Source: Eledone cirrhosa
Lineage: Eukaryota
Reading direction: 5' to 3'
Assembly: GCA_964016885.1 (NCBI GenBank)
Contig: OZ024748.1
Coordinates: forward strand, 14,384,001 to 14,448,000
DNA: 64,000 nt
This document shows, in pieces, positions 14,525 through 28,808 of the stretch. Position 1 is the stretch's first letter. Each line of letters starts with the position of its first letter. Both the position numbers and the translations under genes were made by a program. The notes under the pieces were generated by a model. The model saw nothing but the letters and a program-made list of their open reading frames with translations, was not told the DNA's origin and did no database searches.

Positions 14525-14672
14525 ATTTTCATTGTTTTCTTGCTGAGCCTCAACAAATGCCTGCACATGATTGCATTGAACTGCTTGTTCATCAATCGAG
14601 AGATGCTGTGATGTTGTATCCTGACCATGTGATCGACTGTCTCTGTCACGAGGTCCTTTTCGAAATAATCCA
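14525..14672 (-). CDS. THSD7A: THSD7-like exon L, cytoplasmic tail (phase 2 to 0): [49 protein letters not shown]
   Basis: Acceptor ctcttaccag completes the Cys codon after the TM; basic stop-transfer residues follow; putative donor gtatgt. Confidence 0.75.
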
Positions 14673-17600
14673 CTGGTAAGAGATGGTGATAAAATTTCAA
14701 TATTAAGAAGGCAACAAAAATAATTAAATATAAACAAAAATAAACATTTATTATATATTTATTTAATAAATGTCAGAAAGCCAGTGTAATGTGGTAGAAA
14801 TATATAAATATACAAATAAAACAAAACAAATTAATGTTTTACCCAGTATATTTCAACATGATATTTCAGGGCTAATACCCCCTTTCAAATGTGAAACAAA
14901 AAAGCCACAGATAAATAATAGATCAACATTAAGCAGATTGGCTACTATAACATCTCCACACATGCGTATTTCAGACGCATATACTGGTTAGGGAAGAACA
15001 CATCAATCATTTGTGTTTTTGTTTCATATTTGAAAAGAGGGCATAGCCTTGAAATATTATGTTGAAATATACTGAGAAAAAACATTACTTTGTTTTGTTT
15101 TATTTATCATCTTTTGCCCGTTATATATTTCTACCCCATTGTACAGGCTTCCTGAAACTTATTAGCCATTTATTACATATATCACAATGCTTTGTATTCA
15201 TTATACTACATTTACTGTTTTATCATATCCTGCTTAGAATAGATAGTCTATAGCCTTGTGTCTTGTAAGAGGTATCTAAATGTGTTGCGTCAAGGAAAGG
15301 GATCCAGCCATAAATCATTGTTTTGAAAAAGACCCCATGATGTGCAAGAAGCTTTCTCTGGACTGCAGAGTAAACCCATGCTGGGAAAATGTTCTTAAAA
15401 CGTTTGCAGCTACTTGCAGAGCCCGATCCATCAGGGTGTGTAGGCGGTAAATGTCTAGGGCATTCCCTTGTCAAACCTAGAGAGAGACCAGGGTCCCCCA
15501 AGGTCTAAATATGGTCCTGCATGCTTGCACAAGTTGGACAAAGTTCAGCTCTTATCCCAGTTTCATGGCTAAACCTCCCAGCTGTTGTTGCTCACATCCA
15601 CAAGAGTGAACAGGTGAACAGGAGCAGCATGAACTCTGTCTTGCTTAAGGACACAACACCTTACCCAATCCGGTATCTAACACCACAACCTCCTGTGAAC
15701 TTCTTACCCACATATCTATGTCTATATATCAACAATGAGTGTGCCTTAATAGTTAGAGAATTGGATTAATAATTGTGAGGTAGTGAGTTTGATTTCCAGT
15801 ACAGGCCATGTGTTATGTCCTTGAGCAAACATTCTATTTCACATAGCTCTTTCTGCTAGAAGTTGCGACCAGGAGATAGTATCAGCAATGGAAAGACCAA
15901 TTAAATCATTGTTTCCCTGATGTGATTTGACAAGTTCCACCCCACTTGGAAAGCCAATGAGGTCTGGGATCTTGTCGATTGATCAATTCATATATCAATT
16001 ATTTAACTGAATTAGTCCTACGAAGTCTAGCTTAGAAAATTTTTTTATATAAAAAGTTTTCCTGTGATGTTCGATCTGTTATAAAAATATCCTGGAACTG
16101 TCATGAAATTATCAATACAGTACAAATATAAAACTTGGCTTATATTGAATTTATTGATTTATCATCTTCATCATTGTATGTCTGTTCTCCATGCTGGCAT
16201 GGGTTGGATAGTCTAAGACTAGATTGATTGGAGAAACCTTATTTTGTTAATATGTTCTATATTTGGCATGTTTTTCTTATGGATGGATGTCCTTCCTAAC
16301 AACAACCACCTTTACAGAGTGTACTGCATACATTTGATCATGGCACCAACACTACTACTTTACAGTGTGTACTGGGTGTATTTTATCTTGGCACCAGCAC
16401 TACCACTTTATAGAATGTACTGTGTGCATTCTATAATGGCATAGTGCAACAACTTTACAAAGTGTACTGTGTGCATTTATTATGGCACCAGCACTAGAGT
16501 GGTTGTCATATGCTTGGTCAGACTGAAGAAAAGTTTTAACCCTATATTATCTCTGTTTCATCAACAACCACATTGCAGAGTGAAGTGGGTGTATTTTAAT
16601 ATAAAAAAAACCTTTAAAAATCTGGAAATGATTCAAGTAAAATCGTGTGAAATGATGTTACCATATAGCATAAAAGAAGTATGTCAATCCTGCAACAGCT
16701 AGAGTACCTCCACCAATCACTGCGTACATCCAAATAGACATGCTTCCTCTTTCATCTGAAACATTAAATAAATAGTTTAACTCTTAACACCTTGTACCAC
16801 ACAAGACCATATTAGTAAATCTTTCTTGAAAAGTACAAAACATCACTATGACTGCTTCACACTGAAAATTAAAGTTGTTACATTAATACCACAACTTTTC
16901 ATAACTAGTAAAGATACAATAAACATTTGAATTAACAAACTAGTTTTTAGATACTTTTGTGTTTGTGTCTGAATTTTAAAACAAAAGCATCTTTAGGTAA
17001 TTCTAAGTCTCAGCTTTATCAACAAATTTACAAAACATTGTTGATTTGGAACAACATATATTTTAGAAAGTCTTGTTATTTTAATAATGGTTTATGATTT
17101 AGGCACAAGGGGAGAAGTTGATCCCGGACATGACTAATGCTTACGTTTATCACCTGTGGGATGATGAAAGACAAAGTTAGCCTCAGCAGGATTTGTACTC
17201 AGAATGTAACACTCCAGAACAAATAAATTCTTTAAATTTTTTATTGCCAGATTTCTAAAGATACACACTAACCAATGTGTTGGAATTCCCTTTGGAGTTT
17301 GACTTTGGTAGGATTTTAACTCAGAATGTAAACTACAAGAACAAATACTGCATAATAGGTCCCAGGAGGACAAAATGCAAAGTTAACATTAGCAGAATTT
17401 GAATTGAGAAACGTTGGAAGAAATAGAACATATCAGCTGACAAAAATAATACAAATGAAAAACAAATAACACAGTCATCCAGCATATGGAAGATGTGAGT
17501 TTGATTCCAGCAGGTATCTCTGTATGGTTTTTCCCCATATCTGGTGGGGAATTATATGTCTCACATTTTCAACATTCTCATAATTAAACCTACATTGTAG

Positions 17601-20600
17601 CAGTGTACAATAGGCTAACTTACTTTTGAAATGAAAAGATGAATGAAAGACTAGAAAAATGTGATAAGTACTTACATCTAGTACGGGGATTATTATTTAC
17701 TTTTGTTGTGGTCTGTATTTGCGTGTTAGTAGTCGCTGATGGGCCACATTCAATTAGGGTTTTATCACTATAGATTGACTCATACGGCGATGGACAATCA
17801 CAAAAATTTATATCAGAACACACCGAGTTATTGCCAGGACAAGCAGGATCACAGATAAGAGTGTCACCAGGATATTCTTTTTCATCACAAGCACCTACAT
17901 AAGAAAAAAAACAACAGTTGATATGATTACCCTGATTTGTGATTTCAAACATAATATTACTACAGCTCTTATCATCATCATTGGTACATCAATTTATCCA
18001 TGCTTGCAAGGGTTAGAAAAGTCCTTTCCAGTACAAAATCTCTACTTGTTTTGTTCTTTTGTGAGGTATAGTTTCTTGAAGTCAGCTTTCACTACTTCTT
18101 ACAACTTTCTATACCACAACTTCCTTCCACAGGATAAAATTGGAAAAAATGCAAGGACAAAGCTTGACCTCAAAATTACTTATTACATAATTTTTCACCA
18201 TTGGTTTAGCTTAAAGCTTGAAGATACCATTTTTTTAAAAATCTAGCCTGATTTCAATATTCAAAAACATTGAAGCAGTGATGGTGTTGTCAGTTGAATT
18301 ATCTGTCCTCAAAGAAAATATTAAAAATACTGCTACTAGTTCAGTAGTTCTGATGCTTCTTTTGTTTTTACTCACAGTACACTTTAGAACAAGGAAAGAT
18401 ATTTTGCTGCATATTTTACCTAAATTTGAAAATTTATTTAAACAACGTATTTATACACATTAGCATAGAATAAATCAGAAATATTGGTAATTAAAAATAC
18501 AGAAAAATTATTTCTGTTTCTTTTCTTTAATGGAGCAAAGAAATCAATAAGTAACATGCACTTGGTGTTTTTATGGTAATATTTCCTCTCTTAGTTTCCT
18601 TCTTTGACAGTTATATGTAAACTTTATTACACATAATAAATTTTATATTTCACATTCACATTCATATTTTGAAATAGAATCTTGCTCTTTTGCAGCGCAC
18701 CTAATTAAAACTCATGGTGGTGCACAGTTTTGGAATCATTATTCTAAATGAAGAAGACACCTAATAATTTACATGTAGAATATAAAAAAATAAATCTTGT
18801 GTTGCACAGTTTGGGAATCAGTATTCTAACAATATGTAGAACAAAAAAAAAAGAAAAAAAAACAATAATAATGTATCTTACCTGTAACATTTAGAGAATC
18901 CGATCTTTCGCACCATACATGTCGTTTATTTTTAGACCATTCACTATATTTCCATTGGAAAGTAAAACAAATCTTAGCATGACATGGCCGACCCTCATAG
19001 AGTTTTGTAGGACAGGGCTTGGATCTTGAAGCAGGATAAGCCAGAATTGCTCGAGACCGACTCTGGACTCCTCGCTCATGACCTATGATGGAAGAATAAG
19101 GGAAAAATAAAGTCAATTGAGTTTTAATTAATTACAATATAACAAATGTTGTATGAATTGTATCATATATTTATTGAAAATTAACCTATAATTGTGTTGC
19201 ATGCATGTATATGTTGGTATATGCAGCATATTTCAAGATCAAGTAAGGTTCAGTGGTAAGCAACTCTTTAAAGAGATGGACAGCAGAACGTTATCAGAGA
19301 TGAAACCCCATCTCAAGCAAGTTTTTCAGTCCTTCTGCATGGGTTTATTTTCAATGAATTAAAATTATATATTAAAAAAATTTTTTTAGTAGAAAAAATA
19401 TGCAAATTATCTATGAGTTTATATGGAAGTTGAATAGGTTTCAATTATCTAAGCCTAGTGTAGAAAGTAGCTTCCATGTATTTCACCCAAATACATTGAA
19501 TGTACTTTACAAATCAATTCATTTTCATTTCATTTCATTTTACGTCCGCTTTTTCCCTGCTTGCAAGGGTGGGACAGGAACTGATTTTGGCTTGATTTCT
19601 ACAGCTGGATGCCCTTCCTAACACCAACCTCATTTACAGTGAGTGCTGGGTGCTTTTTTTTTTGCCGTGGCACCTCCACGACCACTTAACAGTGGAATCA
19701 TAGAGACCCCAGTCCCTATCATCTCATTTCTACAGCTGAGTAAACTGGAGTAACGTGAAATAAAGTGTCTTGCTCAAGGAAACAACACATCACCCGGTCT
19801 GAGAATTGAACTCACAACCTTTCGATTGCAAGGCCAATGCTCTAACCACCAAGCCATGTGCCTCCATCAATTGTTTTAAATTATAAAACAATGATTTTAT
19901 CATATGAATGGTGAAACTCTAAGAGTTATTTATGCCTTCTATGTAAGCAGCAGACACTGTTGCTGAATATATTTCCACACAAAACACTTTCTCTATCACC
20001 ATATTTGCTGATAGCTTACATACATTGCCCATACATTTTTCAAACCACTTTACGCTAGGCAATATTTTCAGTTAAGTATTCTATATATTAGATTACTCAA
20101 TGAAGAGAGCAGGAGTTGGAAAATGTTTATATATTTTCCTTTATGCCTTTCTTATCTAACAATTGCTGGAACTGTCTTCTCTATAAAACAACTGAAATAA
20201 AATATTCATTCTGAGAAAAATATATAAATATGTATACATAATTGATGGTTATACATATGTATACATATATAATTTTAGGTAATAGGAAAAAAGTTGTGTC
20301 ATAATATTATACTATACATAGTCACAAGCAGAGCTGTGTGGTTAAGGAGTTCTCTTTGCCAGTAAATGAGTCCTACAGTACAGGAAATCTTGAGCAAGTG
20401 TATTCCACTGTACTCTTAGGTTATTATAGTTGTATGAGAAATGCATGCATGGTATGTAACACCTGAGGAAGTTGTAAGGGTGCCGTATTGACATACAGCA
20501 TTTCTAGGACATTTCCTTTCCAGGTTTGAATACAGTAGAGAAGGAGAGAGAGAATGATAGAATGGAAGTGAGAAAGAGATATAGAGGATGAATCAACCCC

Positions 20601-22270
20601 AGTACTTGACTGGTACTTTTTCACCAACCCCAAAAGGATGAAAGGCAAAGTTGAACTTGAAGGGTATTTGAACTCACAGAGAAGAGAGCAGAAATGAATA
20701 CCATGAAGCATTTTATCTGACGTTCTAATGACTCCTCCAATTCGCTGCCTTTGTATGAGAAAGGAAAGCTTTAACTCCTGATGGAATTGTAGGTTTGCCT
20801 TCATAACATTTAAAGCTGGTGGAGCCCATTCTTCACCAGGTCTGAATACTATCTCAGTAATGAAATAATCAATCTTAGCAAAACCCTCCAAATTCCTTAT
20901 CAATCAATTGAAATAGAGAATATTTCATTTGCAACATGGATGCACTGGGGCTAAGGCCTTGTCAACTAAAAACGAATTGATAAACACTACACACATTAGA
21001 TGATGGAAGAGAGAAAGGGAACTTAACTGGTTAACTCATTAAGCTTATAACTAATTGTTTCAACAGAAATTATGCTTGATCTGATTTTTTCCAGAGAAAG
21101 TGTGAAAGAGAGAGCAAGGCTGAAGTGAGAAAGAGATAGAAAGGAAGAAAAAGAAACCTCCTTTGCTGCATATATTGAAGTAGTAATGTGAAGGCTTTGT
21201 GGTTAGGGAATTTGGCTCAGGGTTGTAAGGTCATGAGTTTGATTCATGGCAGCACGCTATGCCCTTGAGCAAGACACTTTATTTGACATTGCTCCAGTTT
21301 ACTCAGCTGGCAAAAATGGGTTTTATCGGTAATTCAAAGAGCAAGCCTTGTCACATTCTGTGTATAGCTGAATCTCCCTGATAACTACGTTAAGGGCATG
21401 CATGTTTGTGGAATGTTTAGCCACTTGCACGTTAATTTCATGAGCAGGCTGTTTCATTGATTAGATCAACTGGCACACCACTTGTCGTTGTAACTGACGA
21501 AGTGCCTTCCAGTGTAGAAAAATCCTTTGGTACATAACAAGTTATTGAGATGTTGTATTGGATACTACCAAAATACTTTTGATGCAAGCAAAAGCAACCG
21601 GCAGGAGAGAGGGGTAGACCCTCAGCAAAATATGGTTGGATAACATCCATGAGCTTGGCTGGTCTCGTTTGGGGATCCAGCCAAATCAACTGGAAATGGT
21701 TGCTTCTGACAGGACCCATTGGAAGGAGTATTTGAGTATTCTTCCCCCCCCCCAAAAAAAAAATACTTCTCAAGAAGAAGAAGAAGAAGAAGCAGCAGCA
21801 TATAATTATGGAAGAAAAACAATTATTGACGTAGCAGTGAATGAAAATCCTTTGGTCCATAACTAGTTGTTGGGATGTTGCGGTGGATGCAACCAAAATA
21901 TTTTTGATGTCACCATGTAATTATAAAAGATAAACATCTTTTATTTTTGTACTGAAGGATTTAGAAAACTAGATATACCCATGAGTATTGTAAACGAAAT
22001 AAATAAATCTGTTCCTGTTACATTTATAGAAAATGAAAATACCAATGGAAACATAAGTTCTTTAGTCTGCTCTGATGATCTGCTCCTATTAATTTTTATC
22101 GGACAACAGAATACCAGAACAATGAATATCATCACATATTCCCATATAGTTTACATTAAACTATTCTTTTATTTTATTAACAGGGATAGCTGCTATTCTT
22201 ATACAGGAGAAAACCAGTTTTGTTTATATATATATATATATGTATTTCTCTCTATATATATTTTTATATG

Positions 22271-22302
<32 letters not shown>

Positions 22303-22675
22303 ACTACATATATATGTGTGTATGTATGAATATTTATTTTTAAGCATCCACCTCTGATAGAAACTCTGAGCTATTTGGAATACAAACATATTGAAATCAA
22401 TAGTCTTAGAAACCATTCCCAGCAAGGATTTAGTAGTTTCCTCCATGAAGCTTTGAAAAACATACATAATGTGTTTGTCGGTTGAAGATTTGGTCAATGA
22501 AAGGACCATCTTCATCCTACAGTGTGTTTACTAACAAAAAGCTAATAAAACCTACAACAGTATTTTCTGAAAATGCCTAATTTACTCCCAAGCTGTGAAT
22601 GTATAATCAATACATACTAACAAACCTCAAGTGTGTTTCTTTAAAGATGTGCATAGGAGTGTCTACTATATATAC

Positions 22676-22726
<51 letters not shown>

Positions 22727-22791
22727 TATATACATATATACATATATATATACACATATATATATACATATACACATATATACATATATAT

Positions 22792-22837
<46 letters not shown>

Positions 22838-23017
22838 ACATAAATATATATATATATACATATATATATACATATATATATACATATATATATATACATA
22901 TATATATTTATATACATATACATATATATATGTACATATATATATATACATATATATATATACATATATATATATACATATATATATACATATATATATA
23001 TACATATATATATATAC

Positions 23018-23064
<47 letters not shown>

Positions 23065-23247
23065 CATATATATATTTATATACATATACATATATATATA
23101 TACATATATATATATACATTTATATATTTATATACATATACATATATATATATACATATAGCGGCGATGTTATTAATTCTGGCAATATTACGCAAATATG
23201 ACCCTCCCCAAATATAACAATATATACATATACATATATATATATAC

Positions 23248-23328
<81 letters not shown>

Positions 23329-23455
23329 CATATATATATATACATATATATATATACATACATATATATATATACATATATATATATATACATACATATA
23401 TATATATATACATATATATATATACATATACATATATATACATATATATATATAC

Positions 23456-23488
<33 letters not shown>

Positions 23489-25619
23489 CATATATATACA
23501 TATATATATATATACAAGCAGGGAAAAGCGGACATAAAATGATGATGATGATATACATATATATACATATATATATACATAAATATACATATAAATATAT
23601 ATATACATATAATATAAATAAATGGAAAATATCTTTTAAAAACCGTATTTATTTTATTATTTTATTATACGTATTTCAAGGGTTACTAATATTTAAGTAC
23701 ACTTTCGTCAGATAAAATACAATATTTGGTAAAGATAGTGACATATCTTCATGTGAACTTAATGGTATAAGTCCCACGAGGATAGTGAATTGAAAGGTTC
23801 AAAACTCAAGGGAATATGCTGATGAGGATAACATTAAACCTGAAAAAAGCCATTAAGTTTAGACACTTGATAAATTTTAAATACTTATTTTAATTTTTTT
23901 ATATATGGGTTTGCTATTATAGATTGAAAAATTATTTTAGAGTTAGTTATAGATATATACATGAGATTAGAAGGAATCGCATAATTATATTTATTTATTT
24001 ATTTTTTAATATATATTTTAAGACTATGGATGTATTTGTAAAATTTAGATGAGAATTATAATGGTTGGATAGAATCGTAAGTTTGGCTGCTCATGCTTGG
24101 CTATCCAGCCAGATCAGCTGGAGATGTTTGCTTCTGGCAAGACCTGCTGGAGGGAGTGTTTGTGGACTCTTCCCCCACAACCCTCTCTTCAATAAGTGAG
24201 TGAAAAAGAAGGTCAATGGAAGAAGTGTCAAAATCTAGGTCCTTCAGCTTACCTAACAGTAAATTAAAATTAAATTAGAATAGGAGGCATAAATATGAGA
24301 AGAGATAAGACATTGTAGGGTTAACATAGGACTTAAATATCCAGGTACCAGCTCTGATAGTATAAAAACAGTCTTACCTTCCCTGTCCTGACAGTTTGAG
24401 TAACATACACTCCATTCACTCCATTGTGTTAGAACGCATTCTCCAGGGCATCCAACATAGCAGGTTTTTTTAGTCTACAGAACATGAATATAAACAAAGG
24501 TAAAAAACATATTTAAGTTTGGGTGGTGTTTTTAGTCAATTGTAAATCTGTTGTATTTTATTTAACCCTTTCATTGCAATATTTCTAATAAAAGACACTG
24601 CATATCATTATTTAAATCGTTTTTAAAATATTCAAGAATTTGGAGAGATCTAGTAATAATATAACTAAGGTTCTCATTATTAAGTTGGTGTTTGGAACAT
24701 AACTTAAGAATGGTTCTTATAAAAAAATTAGCATGGAAGGTTTTTAGATTGATGTAAACATTTAAAAAACAGATTTGTATCACAGAACTCAAGTGGTGGT
24801 ATCAAAAGGATTAATATTGATAGTTTATGTATATTTTAATCAATTGTAAACTTGTTAAATTTTAATTGACACTTTCATTACCACATTTCTAATGATATAC
24901 AGTGCATTTCAATTAACTAATGAAAAATTTGATGAGGAGAATTGACAAAAATTATTAAATATTTCATTCCAAAGATAATAACTTCGCCAAGAGCTCTTTA
25001 ATAAAATCTATGCTGGAAGATTTTAATATAAACAGGAATCCTTGAAAAACATGGGTGGTTTTGTTTCAAGGAAGCAGAGGCAGTTTTGAGCAGACTAGTA
25101 CCAAAAGGATTAAACAGGTTTCTTTATTGTAATATACATTTCCTTATTATTTTTTTTTTATTACAAGTCTAATTCTATTATCACTTTGGCAAGAAGAAAA
25201 ACAAAGATTTTGTTGTAAGCACTAAATAATATTAACAAAATTTATTGTAATCTATACATTTCTGATAATGAAAATAAATATGAAAATATTTACTAAATAA
25301 ATTAGGAACCAGTATATAAGTATGTATGATTATATGCATACATATATATATATATATATATACATACATCATGTATATATATGTGCATTATACTGGTACC
25401 ACAAAACATCCAGTCCACACTGTAAAGTGGACGTGTAAAAGACATGGCAAAAAGCACCCGGCACTCATTGTCAATGTGGTTGGCACTAGGAAGGACATCC
25501 AGCCATAGAAAACCAGCCAGAAACTCTCCTATATAATTGAGACAGTTACCTGACCCAACTTGCCTCTAAATGGGACAAACCCATCTAACCCATGATAGCG
25601 TGGAAGATAGACATTAATC

Positions 25620-25691
<72 letters not shown>

Positions 25692-28600
25692 TGATATCGA
25701 GTTAACATGCTACCTTAATTGCAGCTATACTCCGATTAGCTTTACAAAATGAGTCATTAACTTGTGTTTTGCCTTCTCCAGTACATGTAATATTCCTTGT
25801 TTGTACTCCATGTCCACAAACTCCTAGCTTGAAAGAAGAAAGAAAAAAAACAACAACCACTAAATATATTATCACTTTAGCAATAAGATTCGTGAAATAT
25901 AACTAAAACAACAGTTACATAGTAGTCTTCAGAAAACATTATTCTAATGTAACTCTTAACATCCCATAACATGTTAAACAAAAAATATCTAAAACTGGGT
26001 TTGTCGAATCAAATGTTTACAGTATCTTTACTAGTGGACAGATTTTTTGTGAATATTTGCATTATTACAATAAAAGATTAAATTCTTAAAGTGACAGTCA
26101 TAGTATTGATTTGTAGTTTTCAAGAATGTCTTACTAATGTAATTTGATGTGCTTTCTTAATTCAAATGTTTAGAATATCTTTATTGGTGCACAGACTGTT
26201 GCAAAAATATGAAGAATTAGATTAAAGACTTTAATGTGATGCAGTTATAGTGCTGTTTTGTACTTTTCAAAAATGTCTTCCTAATGTGGTTTCATGTGGT
26301 ATAAGATGTTAAGAATTAATGTAGAATGGAAATTTCCTATAATAACAATAATAATAATAATCAGGTTTGTGAAAAGGTATTTAATGAAAATATAACACCA
26401 AGTAATTAACACATTGTTATGTCCTTCTACACAATTCATTTCCTTTTGTCTCTAATTAACTCTTTGGAAATAAAGAACTTGTCTAACGAAAGATGTATAA
26501 AAGTGACAAAAACATATTGAGAAAATGATGGAGAATTTTAGTCATTTTCTTTAAAGACTGAAACATACATTAACAAAGGAGACATTATTTTATTTTAAAG
26601 ATTGATTCGTTTTTGTTTTGATTTTTTTCGTGTAAATTCTAAGGTGTTTGATTGTCTGCTGTCAAAGTTGCATGGATTCTGTGATTACTAATGAAGATAT
26701 ATTGTTTTTTGTTAAGTTGTCTAGCGAATTTTAATATAGGAATGCATGATAGACATGACCTTGAACCGAGGTTACTAAAATATTTTGTGACACTTTACTG
26801 TGTCACTCATAATCCCTAGGCACGTCACAATTTTGAGGTCTTGAAGAAATTACAGATGGAACATTAGATACTGCTCACTATTAAAAAGAGATAACTAATG
26901 TTCCTAGGATATGCCATCCAGAAAGGCATGCTGGAAGACCTTTCCATTAGCAGAAAAATTCCTGCTAGAGATTGTCAAAGGAAGTCTTTTTGTGACAATT
27001 TCAACATTACAGCCACAGAAGTATGGTATTTCGCCCAAGATCGGACAGCATGGAACATTATGGTTCATCAAACACTGATTCAGTGATGTCACAAGATGTC
27101 ACAATATCTGATTCTGTCACTGATAATCTCTAGGTGTGTTGTGACACTTTGCTGTGAGGCTGTTAATTTCTAGGTGTGTCACAACACTTTAAAGTTTCAC
27201 TAATAATCTCCAGATGTGTTGTGACATTTTACTGATCCGTTGATGAATTTTGGGTGAGTTATGACACTTTAAATTGTTACAAATAATTGCTGCCTACCAG
27301 GCCAAAGAGGACAAACTGTCAAACGATTTGCTGCTCTCTAATAGGTTTGTAATTGAGCCCATGGTAGTGGAAAGTTCCAGCATTCTTGGCCACCAGACTA
27401 AATATCTGCTCACTGCTATCAGCGCATCTTCCTCACTATCCTCCGAGGCAATGTCTTCTGCATCCTGTTAGTCAGGATCACAACACAGCTTGGCCTGTAT
27501 GTTTCATATATGGTGGTAGCATGTGGAATAGATTTACTTCCATAAGCATGAGTGGGTTGAGAAACCAAACATATACAGACATTCCTATATAAGTTACCTG
27601 AGAATCCAAGATATAGAATAGTGCAGGTTATCTCTAGACTTGTCACAACATTTTATTGTATCACTGATAATCAGTAGTTGTGTTGTGACACTTTACTCTC
27701 TCACTGATGATTTGTGTGTCACAACGCTTTAATGTATCACAGAAAATGTTTCGATGTGTCCTGACACTTTAGTGAGTTACCAATAATCTCTAGGAGCGTT
27801 ACTCACTTTGCTGTTTCACTGATAGACTTAAAGATACAAGTACTAGCATCAATATAATCAACTAAGGGTGCTGGATTGGCAGTATTAGGAGAGCATCAAT
27901 CAATGTTTTGCAACATAGAGTTACTTCCCTTGAAATTCTTAGTTCAATTCTCACTGAGGTTAGGTTAGCCTTTCATCCTTATGGTGTCGGTAAAATAAGC
28001 TACTAGTAAAGCATTGGGGTTGATTAATTTGTTGATCTTGTGCCTATTTCAGAAACCAATAGGATCAACTAAATCAATGTAGTGCTCCAGAATGGTTAAA
28101 GTGTAATGGCTGACATCAGTAAAAGAATAAAATAACTTTAGGTTGTTACCTCTGTAAAGCATTCCGTCCATTCAGTAACATCCCACTTGAAACAACCGCG
28201 TAATACACAGGGCTTCATCTGAGTCAACTGATTAGCACATGGTCTGCCATACCCGACTGCTTCTTGGAGAACATATCTTTGGCGCTGTGACGTACCTGTA
28301 GATAGCAAGAAGGAACAACAATGATTCAGTGTGGGTGGTGTGTATGAGTGTCTGTGTGTGGCTTGGAGAACATATCACTGTGACATACCTGTACATAGCA
28401 AGAAGTAACAATGAGTGTGTGTGTATCTATGTGTGTGCATGTGTGTGTGAGTGAATGTCTGTGTGTGGCTTGGAGACATATTTCTGGCGCTGTGACTTAC
28501 CTGTACATAGCAAGAATGAAGAAGAAGGACTGACTCTGTGTGTGTGTGAGTTTCTGTATGTGTGCATGCCTCTGTGTTTGAGTGTGTGTATGTGGCTTCT

Positions 28601-28777
28601 TAGAGAACATGAGTGTGTATGTGTGTGTGTGTGTGGGTGTGTGTGTGGCTCGGAGAACATATTCCAGGCACTTTGATGTACCTGCACATAGCAAGAAAGA
28701 CAAATCAATGAAAAACAATGACTGTGTGTCTGAATGTTTATTTCAACCATATTGTACTAGCTTTCTGAAACTTATCA

Positions 28778-28808
<31 letters not shown>

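Noticed and set aside
14853-14984. Alternative TM exon candidate after the acceptor ccctaaccag
   Set aside because: It hits a stop, is poorly hydrophobic, and 16662-16755 fits both phases and the family motif.
22073-22125. CTGATGA motif (also 1940-, 8507-, 27704+, 40881+) as hammerheads
   Set aside because: No properly placed stem II plus GAAA and closing stem I.
22599-23608. YI/HT/CV-rich ORFs here and at 2.9, 4.5, 14.2, 32.5, 49.6 and 60.9 kb
   Set aside because: Translations of (TA)n/(CA)n microsatellites.
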